NCBI GenBank assembly: GCA_030324005.1
Contig: JARDVH010000128.1
Coordinates: 18,346,545 to 18,410,544 of the forward strand
DNA length: 64,000 nucleotides
Source of the DNA: Negaprion brevirostris
Taxonomy: Eukaryota
Direction: 5' to 3'
Shown here: piece after piece, positions 51,083 to 63,895 of the stretch
How the letters are laid out: every line of letters begins with the position of its first letter
Position numbering within the stretch: position 1 is the stretch's first letter
Translations under genes and position numbers: made by a program
Notes under the pieces: generated by a model
Told to the model about the DNA's origin: nothing
Databases searched by the model: none
What the model saw: only the letters and a program-made list of their open reading frames with translations

Positions 51083-52329
51083 CTAGGAGTAAAAACACCA
51101 ATAACATGTATCAAAATCTTTCCAACATACAGGAAAGATTAATAATTGTCATGACACATTTTCTATTATGACCTAAATTTCTGCTCCTGGGAATTTCAGG
51201 CTTTGTTCAAAGAGCACAACATTAAGACCAGGCCCTGTACTCCACTGTTAATGAGCTGTAGGCAATGTATCCAGTTTTGCATCTAAATTTCCTGTGACTG
51301 CAACCTTGGGGCACAAAAATGCATTGTTGTCTCAAGCAGTTGATGGTTAGCCCTGCACTGGGACCAGCACTAGTCTGGGGACAGCATAGCACTGCACATT
51401 TTGAGTATGTCTTGTCTGTTTGGCAACCGGGAAGGCAATTGAAGGGACGGAGTTGCCAAAAGGAAAAATAAAATCAGACAGCTTTGGCTTTCTGGCCATG
51501 ATAGTAGAGTACAATATCGCACTATATTGCATATTTGCTCACTAAGACACCAAGAAAACACTATCAAAAGTTTGCAAATGGTTAATGGAATGCCATTTTT
51601 ACCTCTATTATTACCCATTTGGTACTTACTAAAGAGCAGTCAAATTACAAGTTAAAAAGCGGTGAGATTTGAGGACAGGTTCAGGGTCATAAAAGCAGTG
51701 AGATTTCCAAGGAGAGTGGGGCCATTACACAGTCTCTGGGTCCAGAATCCATGTTTGGAAATAAAAGAAAACGTGAGATGTGACATCACAGGGAAGCAGG
51801 TAAATGTGGCTGGTAAGCATTTCCCATTCATCTTACCTAAACAAAGGAATTTAAATCCAGGGAGTAGAACATAACCTTTAAATAATAAGTATATACACAC
51901 AGACAAGACTTGAGGCATCAATTAAAAACACAATGAAATATTTAGTTAATTAAAACACAATAAAGATTGCAAGGCAGGTGTTTTGCGGTGTGATCCCAGG
52001 CAAATACATCTGCAGTAAATATCTGCAGCTTGGGTAGTGTTGACTCTGATTTACTGAGCTAGAGGCCAAGCTGCAGACACTACGATGCATCAGGAAAAGT
52101 AACTTGAATATTTTGTTCCAAACAGCAATTAGACTCCTTAGACTAGGGTCATCGGATTTGGTCCATGTGAAGGAACACAAGACTGTGATGGCAGGAGAGN
52201 NNNNNNNNNTAGGAGCCAGTCCTTGCACTTGTCCAAGTGGTTCAAAGTTCTTGTAGCTTTTATGGATGACAGAATGGGCTGCAGGGTGGATAAGCAAAGT
52301 CACCATGGTATAGAAAGCCATTCAAGCAG

Positions 52330-52830
52330 GGGGAGTAAATAGGAATGTCATGGTCGTATAGTCAGGGGAATAGAGACAGCTCTTTGTAGCCAGAGAATCC
52401 AGAAATCTATGTTGCCTGCCCAATGCTAAATCTTGTGACATCTGCTCAAGACTGGAGAGGAACTTGGTGGGTGGGGGGGATCCAATTGTTGTAGTCTATA
52501 ACAGGACCACCAACACAGATAGAACAAGGAAAGATGTTTTGCAGAGGAAGTGTGAACAGGTAGGCATGAAATTTAAAAACTGAGCCTTAACAGGTAATAA
52601 TTCTGGTTTTTTACCTGAACCACAAATAAATTGGCATAGGGTAAATAATATTAGAGAGATCAATGTGTTGTTCAAAAGGTTGGTGTGGGAGAAATAGGTT
52701 TTGATTCATGTGGCACCCGTAGTGGGGCAAACAGAATCTGTACCATTGGCATGGTATTCATCTGAATCACGCTGGGACTAGTTTTCTGGACAGTGCTACA
52801 ACTCAAGTGGTAGGCAGGGTTTTTAAAGTA
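52330..52830 (+). mobile_element. CR1 ORF1 SGNH esterase-like remnant
   Basis: IVRGI..LCCLPNAK..DICSRLERNL..DPIVVV..T.N and HGIHLNHAGTS motifs, frameshifted. Confidence 0.7.
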
Positions 52831-53349
52831 AATATTGTGGGCAAAGGATTATGTGAAGAAAGATGAGGGGACGATTCTCTGAAAAATTAAAAAAAAAGGG
52901 CACAAGGGCTCTTGGGATTCACCCAGCCCAACCCGCCGGCCCTGATCAAGTGGTAACCCGATAAATATTCAAATCTGCTCATTTGAACGTCATCAGCAGG
53001 TTTGACAGGCCATTTACCAGCCTTCTGCTACCACCAATCCCTCAAAAGCATCCTCCCTTCAACTACTCAAATCACAAGTCACACAGTGCACACGCAACAA
53101 TGTGCTGTCCTTTACCACTGACATACTGGCCTGATGCCTTGGGCTCCTGAGAAAGCTCAAGGGGGTAGGTCCAGTGGCCTTTTACCCCTCTGCTTCTGAA
53201 AGGCTGCAGAGAAAGAGTCCTTCAAGCATTCTGAGGGTTGGGTAAGCTCAGGCTGGGGGCAAGGGGTTGACCTCGTCACTCCACCAGGATGGAGGTATTA
53301 TAGTTGGACTGCACTTTGTAGCCCTAGCAAACCTGAAGATCACCTCTGG

Positions 53350-53712
53350 CATGATGATTTCTGTAAAAAGTCTGACAAACACCAGCTTTCAGTCCAACCA
53401 ATTTATTTGATAGTAAATTCACTAGCTTTCGGGTTAGCCCCTTCGTCAGGTGAATGGAGAGTTNNNNNNNNNNNNNNNNNNNNNNNNNNNNNNNNNNNNN
53501 NNNNNNNNNNNNNNNNNNNNNNNNNNNNNNNNNNNNNNNNNNNNNNNNNNNNNNNNNNNNNNNACTCTCCATTCACCTGACAAAGGGGCTAACCCGAAAG
53601 CTAGTGAATTTACTATCAAATAAATCGGTTGGACTGAAACCTGGTGTTGTCAGACCTTTTACTGTGTTTACCCCAGTCCAACGCCAGCATATCCACATCA
53701 TGATGATTTCTG
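53350..53712. mobile_element. Palindromic Penelope-type element, second copy, with flanking direct repeat
   Basis: Inverted arms around an N-gap; catgatgatttctg at both 53350-53363 and 53699-53712. Confidence 0.82.
53417..53455 (-). ncRNA. Minimal type-I hammerhead ribozyme-like motif
   Basis: AUUCAC-CUGACGA-A-GGG(GCUAA)CCC-GAAA-GC-UA-GUGAAU: 6-bp stem I and intact core. Confidence 0.6.
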
Positions 53713-54559
53713 GCAGCCCTATGATCATTTACATTCCTGCTGAAGTGGCCGGGTCATTTTAATTTCCATGTCCCCACCCTCACTGTGGTCACCTGGCAGC
53801 ACTCCGTGCACTTAAATCATTGCAGCACTCTATTCTGCAGCAGAGATTTTCCTTTCTCCTTGTCAGAATCTGCAAGTGTGAGCAGATCCTTTTGAAGTCT
53901 TCTGATAGAATAGAGATATCAATTTCACCAGACCCAATGTATGCACACAGCTTTGAGTTGAAGTTTGTGAGGCTGCCTTGCAAGTTGAATTCTTTGAAAC
54001 CCTCTCCATTCCAATGGAACCCTTGGATCTCAGTTTCAATGTGCAGTGCTTTGAAAAATGTTGCATTGACAGCTCAATGGATTTCTATCATCCTCTAGCT
54101 ACCTGTGTTTATGTTTATTTCCCTCCATATTTGGTGAATCTCAAGTACCTCATTGATCCTGACCAAGATGTTGACAGTCTAAGCCTGTGATTTCTTCAAA
54201 ATCACTGTGGCTTGCAAAAAGAGGGAGTGAAATCATCAGCCTTTCCCACATAGCCTGAGCCCACCCAATCCCCCAGGATCCCCGAAGGGCCCTTCCTCTG
54301 CAGCCTGTCAGCAGCAGATGAGCAAATGGCCACTGACCGACCTCCTTGAGCTCCGTCAGGACCCAAAGCACCAGGCCAGGATTTCAGTGCACTGTTGGCC
54401 AAGGCGCTGGACTGAAGAGGGCTGTGTACAGAATCTGAGGGGGAAGAGGGCCTGAGTGGTTTGAGGGTGGAGGGAAAGAGAGAGGCTTCTTCTTCTTCTC
54501 ACTGACGGGTTAGTGGTGCCGGCCAGCCAGCCAAAGCAGCCCCCCCCGGGACTGTAACA

Positions 54560-55270
54560 CCTCTATTCAAGAAATGAAAGAGATAAAAAGCAGGAAATTA
54601 TTTGCCAGCTAGCCTAATATCTGTGCAGGGAAAATGCTAGAATCTATTACTAAGGATGTACTAGTAGGACATTTTTTTTAAAAAAAATCACAATATATTC
54701 AGATGGAGTCAACACGGTTTTGTGAAAGGAGAATTGTGTTTGACTCATTTATTGGAATTCTTCAAGGATGTGACATGCAATGTGGATAAAGGGGAACTAT
54801 GACTTCTTATTGTCTCAGGATATGGGAGCAGGCCACTCAGGACTGAAACGAGAAGAAATTTCTTCATTTAATGAGTGAATTTGTGGAAGTCTCTACCAAA
54901 GAAAGCTATGGAGGCCAAGTCACTGAATATACTTAAGGAGGAAATATATAGATTTCTAGTCACTAAAGGTGCCAAGGGGAATGGGGAAAGAGTTGGAGTA
55001 TGGCACCGAGATAGTAAATAAATGGATGACCTTCACCATAGTGCTAGACGACCATGGACTGCTCTCCCTTTGTGGTGATTAAACCTGAGGATCACTACAC
55101 CTCAGGCGAGGGGCAAGGTTGAAAAGCAGGCCCTCATGAATAACTTCAGCCGGTATACGAATTGAACCTTTGCTGCTGTCATCACTCTGTGGCCAACTGA
55201 ACTAACCAAAGCCCTTGTGGTGGAGGATCAGCCATGATCATATTGAATGGCAGAGCAGGCNNNNNNNNNN
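54560..55270 (+). mobile_element. CR1-like LINE fragments (internally deleted), with a SINE inserted
   Basis: VTPLFKK and SQHGFVKG..CLTHLLEFF..DKGE, then a jump to the 3' end. Confidence 0.75.
55025..55207 (-). mobile_element. Third tRNA-derived SINE family (unclassified)
   Basis: ggttagttcagttgg A box and ggttcaattc B box on the minus strand. Confidence 0.6.
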
Positions 55271-55430
55271 TATGTTTCTAGTAAAAAATCACGATTTCTT
55301 ATAAGAAAGTTGCGTACCTTATACCAAATATAATATCTTGAATGTGAAGGCTGTTTTCAAAATGTTTATATGAATTGTTATTTACAAAATGGAGAAACAA
55401 ATGTATTTTTAAAATTGTAAAAACAGTTAC

Positions 55431-55580
55431 CTGTATCAATCCAAGGACTTTATCTTGTACAATAGCTGGTGGATTATTCTTGGGCAAGACAATTTTTACC
55501 AATACACCATCAACAAAATCACGGTTGGCTACGAGGACATGGAAACGATGACCACAGTTCTTAACACATGTCTCCAAAAT
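55431..55580 (-). CDS. TOM1L2: TOM1L2 exon 4 (VHS), 150 nt: [50 protein letters not shown]
   Basis: attag acceptor, gtaac donor; [12 protein letters not shown] hallmark. Confidence 0.97.
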
Positions 55581-56544
55581 CTAATTATGAAAGTGAAATA
55601 AAATTATTTGTTGAATGTGGACATTCCTTGCAACAGGTTAATCTGAGACAGCAAGAATGTGATAGAACATTATTTTCTGTCCTTCCCCTATAAACGTAGT
55701 AGGACCTTATTTCTTTTTAAAATACTCCAAGCTCCTCTTTGAAATCACTGATGGTAGAATTAACTATTAGTTTTGTTAGTTTTGTAACACCACTCTTAAG
55801 CAACATGTCAAAACCCTGACAAATTAATTACATAAGCAACTTCTCATTAATTGGGTTTAAGGATGTTACAACTGAAGGCTGTTAAATCGCAGAGGAGATG
55901 GCGGTATAGTGCTAAGATCACTGGACTAGAAACAAGAGGTCCAGGAAACATGGGTTCAAATTCCACCATGGTAGCTTTTAATTCAATTTTTTTATAAAAG
56001 CCCATCTGATCCTTTAGGGCATACTTACTCGGTCTTGACTTGTAACTCCAGGCCCACAAATGGCCTAGCAAGCTGCTCAGTTCAAGGTCAGTCAGAGATG
56101 GGCAACAAATGCTGGGATGATCCCACAGCCCACGAAGGAATAGGAATACAATTGTGGCAAATACCGCAAGAGCTTGGATTCTTAAAGCCCGGACTCTCAC
56201 ATTTAATCTTTAAAAGACTAAAGTCAGAGTTCTAGGAATCCCAAGCATGCAAAATAGTCACTCTATCTTTGGCCACAGTAGTAAAGTGAAGAGGGTACTC
56301 AACAGAATGCATACCTCCACCACACTGTGTTAACTCACCATTATTACAATTACATAGTTCTTTCTCAAGGCATTTCCCTGTTGCCTGATGCTCTAATACT
56401 AATGCTACAAAAAATATTCTTTATTGAGAGTATTACCTGAAGAGGCTACAGGCGAATCATATCCAACAACTGCTCTGAATTCTCCACTCATACTTTGACA
56501 GCTGTGACAAATAGCACCACAAACACTGAGATAATCCTTCATAG

Positions 56545-56780
56545 GGTGGCATGGACAACACAGGCTAGCACTGCTGTCTCTCAGCACTAGTATCCCATGT
56601 TCAATCCCAGCTTCCCAAAATCTGCAAGTTCCTTCCATGTCAGTGTGGCTTTCCTCTGGGTGCTCCAGTTTCCTCTCACAATCTAAGAGATGTGCTGGTT
56701 AGGTGCATTGGCCATGCTAAGTTCTCCCAGACACCAGTGACTAGGTGTTTTTCAGAGTAATTGTGACATTAGTAAATAAA
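56545..56780 (+). mobile_element. HE1-like SINE, decayed
   Basis: gggtggcatgg..agcactgctgtctctcagc head and gtgcattggccatgctaa core. Confidence 0.75.
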
Positions 56781-58197
56781 AAACACACTTTGGNNNNNNN
56801 NNNNNNNNNNNNNNNNNNNNNNNNNNNNNNNNNNNNNNNNNNNNNNNNNNNNNNNNNNNNNNNNNNNNNNNNNNNNNNNNNNNNNNNNNNNNNGAAAAAA
56901 TAATTTGCCCAATGGATCCTTTAAAAAATTCCAGAATTTAGATGTCTATCTTCTCCAAAAACTAATCAGGTTTTTTTGCACCAGATTTTGTTGAAATCTA
57001 TCCATTAGTTTGAGAACTATAGGAGGCAATTTTCCACAAGAGACTGGCATCAGCAAGCCAAGTGGGGCATTGCGCATGCACAGATCAGTCAGTAAGCAGA
57101 TAGGCGCACACGCACATCCCCATCCCCAACTGCTGACAACCCGGTCACTGGCCTCCCAATGTCATCCCCGACCCCCCTTCCCGATCACTGCCACGCAATG
57201 TCATCCGACAGCCATCCACCCCCCAACAGGGTCTCAATGGCCTGTGGTGCCATCAGCAAGATGCTTATGCCTGGTCTCTGTTGACAGGTGCGAACCTCTC
57301 CTAGTGGAGTGGGAGACATTAGTGAGCCCAGATGATACCGTCCCAGGGTCACTAATGACATGGAAATTGAGATTTCCATATTGTAATTAGCCTTGCGTGG
57401 TTTCCAGCTGGATGCCGTTCATGACTCCCCTACAGCTACCCCCACTGACATTTCACAGCCCTCTGAGCTACTCGAACAGTGCAGCAGGCCGGGAAAATCA
57501 CATCCATACTGTTTACAAACAGACGAACGGGAAAAAAATTACCGCAATTTGACTTCACTGGTGGAGGTAATTCTCCAAACAAGTACTGACTCATACGCCA
57601 TCCAAAAACACCTTTGTTCAACAAAGTTCAACATTACAAAGGGCTATGTGGGAAAAACAGTAGCTGCTGATACAGAGTTGGAGGGGAGACAGAATGGCTG
57701 ACTAGCACTGTAGTGTACTTATATTATTTAAGTGCAGGTGCCACCTGCATAAGTAGAAAATATTTCCCATNNNNNNNNNNNNNNNNNNNNNNNNNNNNNN
57801 NNNNNNNNNNNNNNNNNNNNNNNNNNNNNNNNNNNNNNNNNNNNNNNNNNNNNNNNNNNNNNNNNNNNNNTTGTGGAATTGCGAGTGGATTGGACAAAGC
57901 ATGACCACTCATCCATCATTAAAGTGACACACCATATACCAATGCAGGTAGATGTTAAAGATCTTAGGGTTCCACTCAATGTAATGCAGGGAGTTTTCAT
58001 AGTGCTTTTGCCATCAATTGTTTTTCAATTAGTAACACCAAAAGCTCATTTACTGGTCATACAAGAATTTTAAACAAATTAACTGGTGTGTTTGTCTACA
58101 TGACAAAAACAACAGCTTTTCCAAAAGTACCTGACAAATACTTGAAGGCATTTCTCAGATGTGAAATAAAATAGCTCCTTTTCCCCCCCCCACTCAC

Positions 58198-58276
58198 CGT
58201 TAAAGCAAGCATCACTTCCCGGTAGTTTTTGTTTCCACTCAGTCTTTTTTTGAGAGCTCTGATTGCATCCTTTGGC
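58198..58276 (-). CDS. TOM1L2: TOM1L2 exon 3 (VHS), 79 nt: [26 protein letters not shown]
   Basis: tgtag acceptor, gtgag donor, phase 2 to 0; lies within ORF 58096..58365. Confidence 0.97.
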
Positions 58277-58989
58277 CTACAAAAGGGAAGATTTTTGTCT
58301 TTTAGAAAAAAGTTAGTCAGTTCATTGAAGCAGGGTGTAGACAGCAATTTTAATAACAGAAGCAACTGATAAAAATAAAAATTATGGCTATCACTTCAAC
58401 TCACCCTATCCTTGAAACAAAGAAGTTTTATGTGCCTATGCAGCAATGACCTCATGTGGCAGATAACAGATACTACAGGAGTGAGTGACTTAGGTGACAG
58501 CAAAATCCATAGTTTTATAGTTGAACTGTTTGATAATTGAAACAAATCTTTGCACATTGTGATTATTTTATATCATTAAACTAGTTTAACGATACATTTG
58601 TGTCAGTTTTAAAATCTTGAACATGCCTTATAAATAATTGTCTGAAATAAATGTAATGAAAAGCAAAAAGCCTTGGATTCTAATAGTCACCCAACTTTTA
58701 CCTTGAAATATCACAACTGTACTTTCAAGGACAGTGTTAAGAAATCATGATAAAATGAAAAGCACAGAAGTCCAGTCATTGGAAATGTGTTCTGGTGGCT
58801 GTATATTTAAAAAAAAAGATTTTAATGGCAAGTTGGCTGGTCGGTGAAACTAGTGCTTTGATACGTTGACAATCCTAGCCATACAGTGAACCAACTTGCC
58901 TTAGGCAAACATTTGTTTAAAAGGAGGTTAAATGGTCAAAGGTGTTAGTAAAGTTGTTAGAAGTTCAAACAAAGTGAATTCACGAAAGA

Positions 58990-61070
58990 TACATAAGAAC
59001 ATAAGAACTAGGAGCACGAGTAGGCCATCTGGCCCCTTGGACCTCCTCCGCCATTCAATATCATGGCTGATCTTTTCATGGACTCAGCGCCACTTACCCA
59101 TCCACTCACCATAATCCTTAATTTCTTTACTGTTCAAAAATTTATCTATCCTTGCCTTAAAAACATTCAATGAGGCAGTCTCAACTGCTTCACTGGGCAC
59201 AGAATTCCACAGGTTCACAACCCTTTGTGTGAAGAAGTTCCTCTTAACTCAGTCCTAAATCTGCTTCCCCTTATTTTGAGGCTATGCCCCCTAGTTCTAG
59301 CTTCACTTGCCAGTGGAAACAACTTCCGTGCTTTCTATCGTATCTATTCCCTTCATAATCTTACATAATTTCTATAATATCTCCCCTCATTCTTCTGAAT
59401 TCTGAGTATAGTGCCAGTCTACTCAGTCTCGCCTTGTAAGCCAACCCTCAACTCCAGAATCAACCTAGTAAATCTCCTCTGCACCCCCTCCAGTGCCAGT
59501 ATATCCTTTCTCAAGTAAGGAGACAAAAACAGGTGTGACCTCACCAGCACCTTATACAGCTGCACATAACCTTGCTGTTTTTAAAACTCCATCTCTCTAG
59601 CAATGAAGGACAAAATTTCATTTGCCTTCTTAATTACCTGCTGCACTTGCAAACCAACTCCTTGTGATTCTTGCACAAGGACACCAAGGACTCTCTGCAC
59701 AGCAGCATGCTGCATTTTTTTTACCATTTAAATAATAATCCATTTTGCAGTTATTCCTACCAAAATGGAGGACCTCACATTTACCAACATTGCATTCCAT
59801 CTGCCAGACCCTCACCCACTCATGTAGATTATCTATACCTCTTTGCAGATTTTCACATCCTCTGCACACTTTGTTACGCCACTCATCTTAGAGTCATCTG
59901 CGAACCTTGACACACTATACATGGTCCCCAACTCNNNNNNNNNNNNNNNNNNNNNNNNNNNNNNNNNNNNNNNNNNNNNNNNNNNNNNNNNNNNNNNNNN
60001 NNNNNNNNNNNNNNNNNNNNNNNNNNNNNNNNNNACCCAGGTCCCTCTGCACAGCAGCATGCTGCAATTTTTTACCATTTAAATAATAGTCCATTTTGCT
60101 GTTATTCCTACAAAAATGGATGACCTCACACTTAACAACATTGTACTCCATCTGTCAGACCCTCGCCCACTCACTTAGATTATCTATATCCCTTTGCAGG
60201 CTTTCAGTGTCCTCTGCACACTTTTCTCTGCTAACCATTTTAGTAACATCTGCGAATTTTGACACACTACACTTGGTCCCCAATTCCAAATCAGCTATGC
60301 AAATCGTAAACAATTGTGGTCCCAACACTGATCCCTGAGGCACTCTACTAGTCACTGATCGCCAACCAGAAAAGCCCCCATTTACCCCCACTCTTTGCTG
60401 ACCGTTAGTTAAGCAATCCTCTATCAATGCTAATACATTACCCGTAACCCCATGCACCTTTATCTGATGTAGCAGTCTTTGGTGCGGCACCTTGTCAAAT
60501 ACCTTTTGGAAACCCAGATATACCACATCCACAGGTTCCCCATCGTCCACTTCACATGTAATGTTCTCAAAGAATTCCACCAAATTAGTCAAACATGACC
60601 TTCCATTCATGAGACAATGCTGCGTCTTACCAATGGGACAACTTATGTCCAGATATCTCGTTATTTCTTCCTCGATGATAGATTCAAACATTTTCCCTAC
60701 TACAGAAGCCTATAGTTACCTGCCTTTTGTCTACCTCCTTTTTTAAGCAGCAGCGTCACATTTGCATTTTTCCAATCTGCAAGAACCACTCCAGAGTCCA
60801 GCAAATTTTGGTAAATTACAGCTAGTGCATTTGCTATTTCTTCCACCATCTCTTTTAATACCCTGGGATGCATTTCATCAGGACCAGGAGACTAGTCTAC
60901 CTTCAGTCCCATTAACTTGCCCAACACTATCTCTTTTGTGATAATGATAGTTTCTAGGTCCTCATCAGCCATAGCATTCCTGTCATCAATTTTTGGCATG
61001 ATATTTGTATCTTCCATTGTGAAGACCGACAAATTACCGGTTCAACGCAGCCATTTTCTCATTTCCAGTG
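58990..61070 (-). mobile_element. CR1-like LINE ORF2 and 3' UTR, relatively well preserved
   Basis: ORF 60155..60691: GRSCLTNLVEFFE..DVVYLGFQKVFDKVPH..PQGSVLGPQLF..KFADVTK; (cataagaa)n tail at 58992. Confidence 0.93.
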
Positions 61071-61359
61071 ATTACATCCCCGTACTTAAGAGCAAGTTCT
61101 GAGAAGGTTAGTTCAGATAAGGGAAGATCAAAAGGGAAAACCAGTATATCAGGGGCACGTTCATCTTTCCAAAGCTAGCTGTTCTGAGAATTTGGCCCAC
61201 AGCAGGAAGCTGCGCTTGGAGAATAGCCTGTTTGAGAAAATAGTTGTTCTATCCTGAGAGATGCAAGTGTCTGGTTTTGCATATAGTTTTAAAAGTTTGA
61301 GGTTTACCTGTGAAGTTATAAAAATAGGGATTTGGAACAAGGTAAATTTAAAGATCCTG

Positions 61360-61912
61360 GAGGTAATTCTCCCAGCCACTGCACTGCTTGAGTAGTGCAG
61401 TGGGCCAAGAAACATCTGCAGGGGCTGTTTTGTGGTTTACCCGCTGGGCGTAACAGCCTCTGTACGTCTCTGGGATCAGGTTTTCCAGCGCAGAGCTGAT
61501 GACGCTGTATCAGAGCTGATTTCAATATGGAAATCATGATTTCCATCTGATTAGCGAGACTGGGACTGTATTCTCCAGGCTGACCAGTGCCAAGAAGGCA
61601 GGGAATTCTGCTGCCACTCTGCATTGGGATTGCTGGCAGAGGGAGGAAAGAGGGCAATCGGGGCGCCAGCAATGCAGAGCCATATGCCGATCTCCGTGCT
61701 GACAAATTGGCACTGGCGCAGTGGCCCACTCAGCACTATGCTGCTGGCCTCTCGGGCGAGAATAGGTCCTGCCCACAAATTTTCAGAGTGAATCACGCTA
61801 AGGCATTCTGTGATGCGCAGAATACTGGAGATTCATTCTGGAAATCACGCTGAAAAATGCAGCGGGGTTTACTCCCATTTTCCCACCTGTTGGGAACTTA
61901 AGAATCCTGGCA
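61360..61912. mobile_element. CpG-containing MITE-like element
   Basis: GC/CpG-rich block with imperfect terminal motifs (aattctcc ... agaatcctggc). Confidence 0.45.
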
Positions 61913-62879
61913 ACTGTGTATAGCAATTGTTGCAGTTAAGTTTATTTCTAATTGGCTTCGTTGTGTTTTATTGTTTANNNNNNNNNNNNNNNNNNNNNNN
62001 NNNNNNNNNNNNNNNNNNNNNNNNNNNNNNNNNNNNNNNNNNNNNNNNNNNNNNNNNNNNNNNNNNNNNNNNNNNNNGGTTTACTCCCATTTTCCCACAT
62101 GTTGGGAACTTAAGAATCCTGGCAACTGTGTATAGCAATTGTTGCAGTTAAGTGTATTTCTAATTGGCTTCGTTGTGTTTTATTGTTTAATAAACATTTT
62201 TGTTTTAAAAATTTATCTCGCATGCCTGGGACATACTTCACTAGTCTCGACATCCTACACTGGTCTTCACATTTTTCCTCATGTTACACCAAACTGTAAA
62301 ATACAGTTGAGTAGGCATTTTCAAGTTTCCCTTCTAGGATTTGGATTACCCTAGTGTTTAACATCAGCTGTGTTCTTAATAACAGGAGGAGCCTTTTAGA
62401 AATTTTTTTATAATTCTTGATTTGAATAACATTTACAACTTTTTTTTGTGTCTAAGGTTTATTTGCACAAGGGTAATGTTCCAGTACTTTATTTACCCAG
62501 TTGAAATTTTTTATGCGTGAGCCTGAATACGGGCTCCAAAATGGGGAAATTTCTAAATGTGTTAAATTCAAGAAATTGAAAAGAAGCCAGTCCCTGGGTC
62601 TCCATGCTGCTGGTGGAACCCAGTCCACCAATAGACGATGAAATAAAAGACAGAATAATGAATGGAGTTGTTCTCTGCTATTGGTTATAATTTGGTTTCC
62701 CTACCTGGAAAGAACTTAACAGTGATCAGGATAATTAGAAATAGTTTTGAGCAATTATAACAACAGATTTGCATTCTTTGGCCTTGTTATGAGAACCTCT
62801 TCTCCCTGATCTTCTGATTTGTGGGCCCCCCTCTCCTCCTCTTTGACCCTCCAACCTGCAATCTCTCCTGATACATGGA

Positions 62880-63430
62880 CAAGGAACATGAGTAAGCCAT
62901 TAGCTCCTGGAGCCTGCTCTGCCATTTAATAGATCATGGCTGCTCTGATAGTAATCCCAAATCTGCATCCTGTCCATTACCCCTTGCTTATCAAGAATCT
63001 ATCCACATCTGCCTTCAAAATATTTAAGGACGCTGCTTCCACCATTTTTCAGGAAAAGAACACAACAATTCATAGTGTTCTGAGACAAAATATTTTCCCT
63101 TATCTGTTTTAAATGGGCTGTTATATTTCTAAACAGTGACTCCCGGTTTTAGATTATCTCGCAAGAAGAAACATCTTCCCTACAACAACTGTCATGACCT
63201 CGCAGGATCTTGTACGTTTCAATCAAGTTGCCCCTTAATCTTCTAAATTCAAGTGGGTAGAAGCCTAGCCTGTCCAACCTTAAGACTGCCCATCCATTTG
63301 GCAAGCCTTCTCTGAACTGCTTCCAATGTATTTGCATCCCTACATAGAAACTAGAAGCAGGCCATTTGGACTTACTTAAAATAAAAGGTGACCAATACTG
63401 TGTACAGTACTCCAAATATAGTCTCCCCAA
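62880..63430 (-). mobile_element. CR1-like LINE 3' fragment
   Basis: LEYCTQYWSP and LGFYPLEFRRLRGNLIETYKIL. Confidence 0.85.
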
Positions 63431-63810
63431 CTTTCCCTTCCTCTGCATCCTGCGGCCTCTACCACCACCTCCCCAACCCACAACCATCTCTACCCATGCA
63501 TTTCTACCCCCGCTGCCCCAACCACTGGCCTCTCCACATGTAATTAATTTTCCATTCAACATGAAAGATTAAAGCTACTTTTCTCAATACAGAACATGCA
63601 AACAATGTGAAATAATGGAACACGCGTGGTAGCACCTCTGACTCTATCAGGGATTTGAAAAGATGATAAAGATCACACCAGTTAATAAATGATCCCACTT
63701 AGGTACTGCATTGTATATTCCTTCTGCCAAGTTACTCACATACAAGATTTTACTTTCTCTGCTTTATACACAAAAGAATCAAAGTTTTACTGCAACCGTT
63801 TAATTCTTAC

Positions 63811-63895
63811 CCTTCTTCAGTCTCATTAATAATATCACAGATTTCCATATTTAGAGTCCAGTCTTCTGTCTGTAGGGATCCATCTGTGGCTCGTT
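63811..63895 (-). CDS. TOM1L2: TOM1L2 exon 2 (VHS), 85 nt: (E)[27 protein letters not shown](G)
   Basis: aacag acceptor, gtaag donor, phase 1 to 2; VHS domain sequence. Confidence 0.97.

Larger units (their letters stand above)
2955..63895 (-). other. TOM1L2: TOM1L2 gene body (exons 2-15 plus putative long 3' UTR; exon 1 outside the window)
   Basis: 14 colinear GT-AG exons splice in frame into VHS, GAT, clathrin-box (NLIDLG), FDMFA, MYO6-binding-like (VEEWL) and C-terminal [13 protein letters not shown] segments. [11 protein letters not shown] and the C-terminus favour TOM1L2 over TOM1/TOM1L1. The 3' end is inferred from a poly(A) signal. Confidence 0.93.

Noticed and set aside
59690-60290. 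About 250-bp duplicated CR1 segment
   Set aside because: The copies flank an N-gap inside a multicopy LINE; cannot be told apart from a misjoin of two CR1 copies.
2178-62151. ORFs containing runs of X
   Set aside because: They are open only because they cross N-gaps.
61865-62190. About 110-bp tandem duplication
   Set aside because: Near-identical copies sit on either side of an N-gap, typical of an unmerged contig or haplotype overlap.
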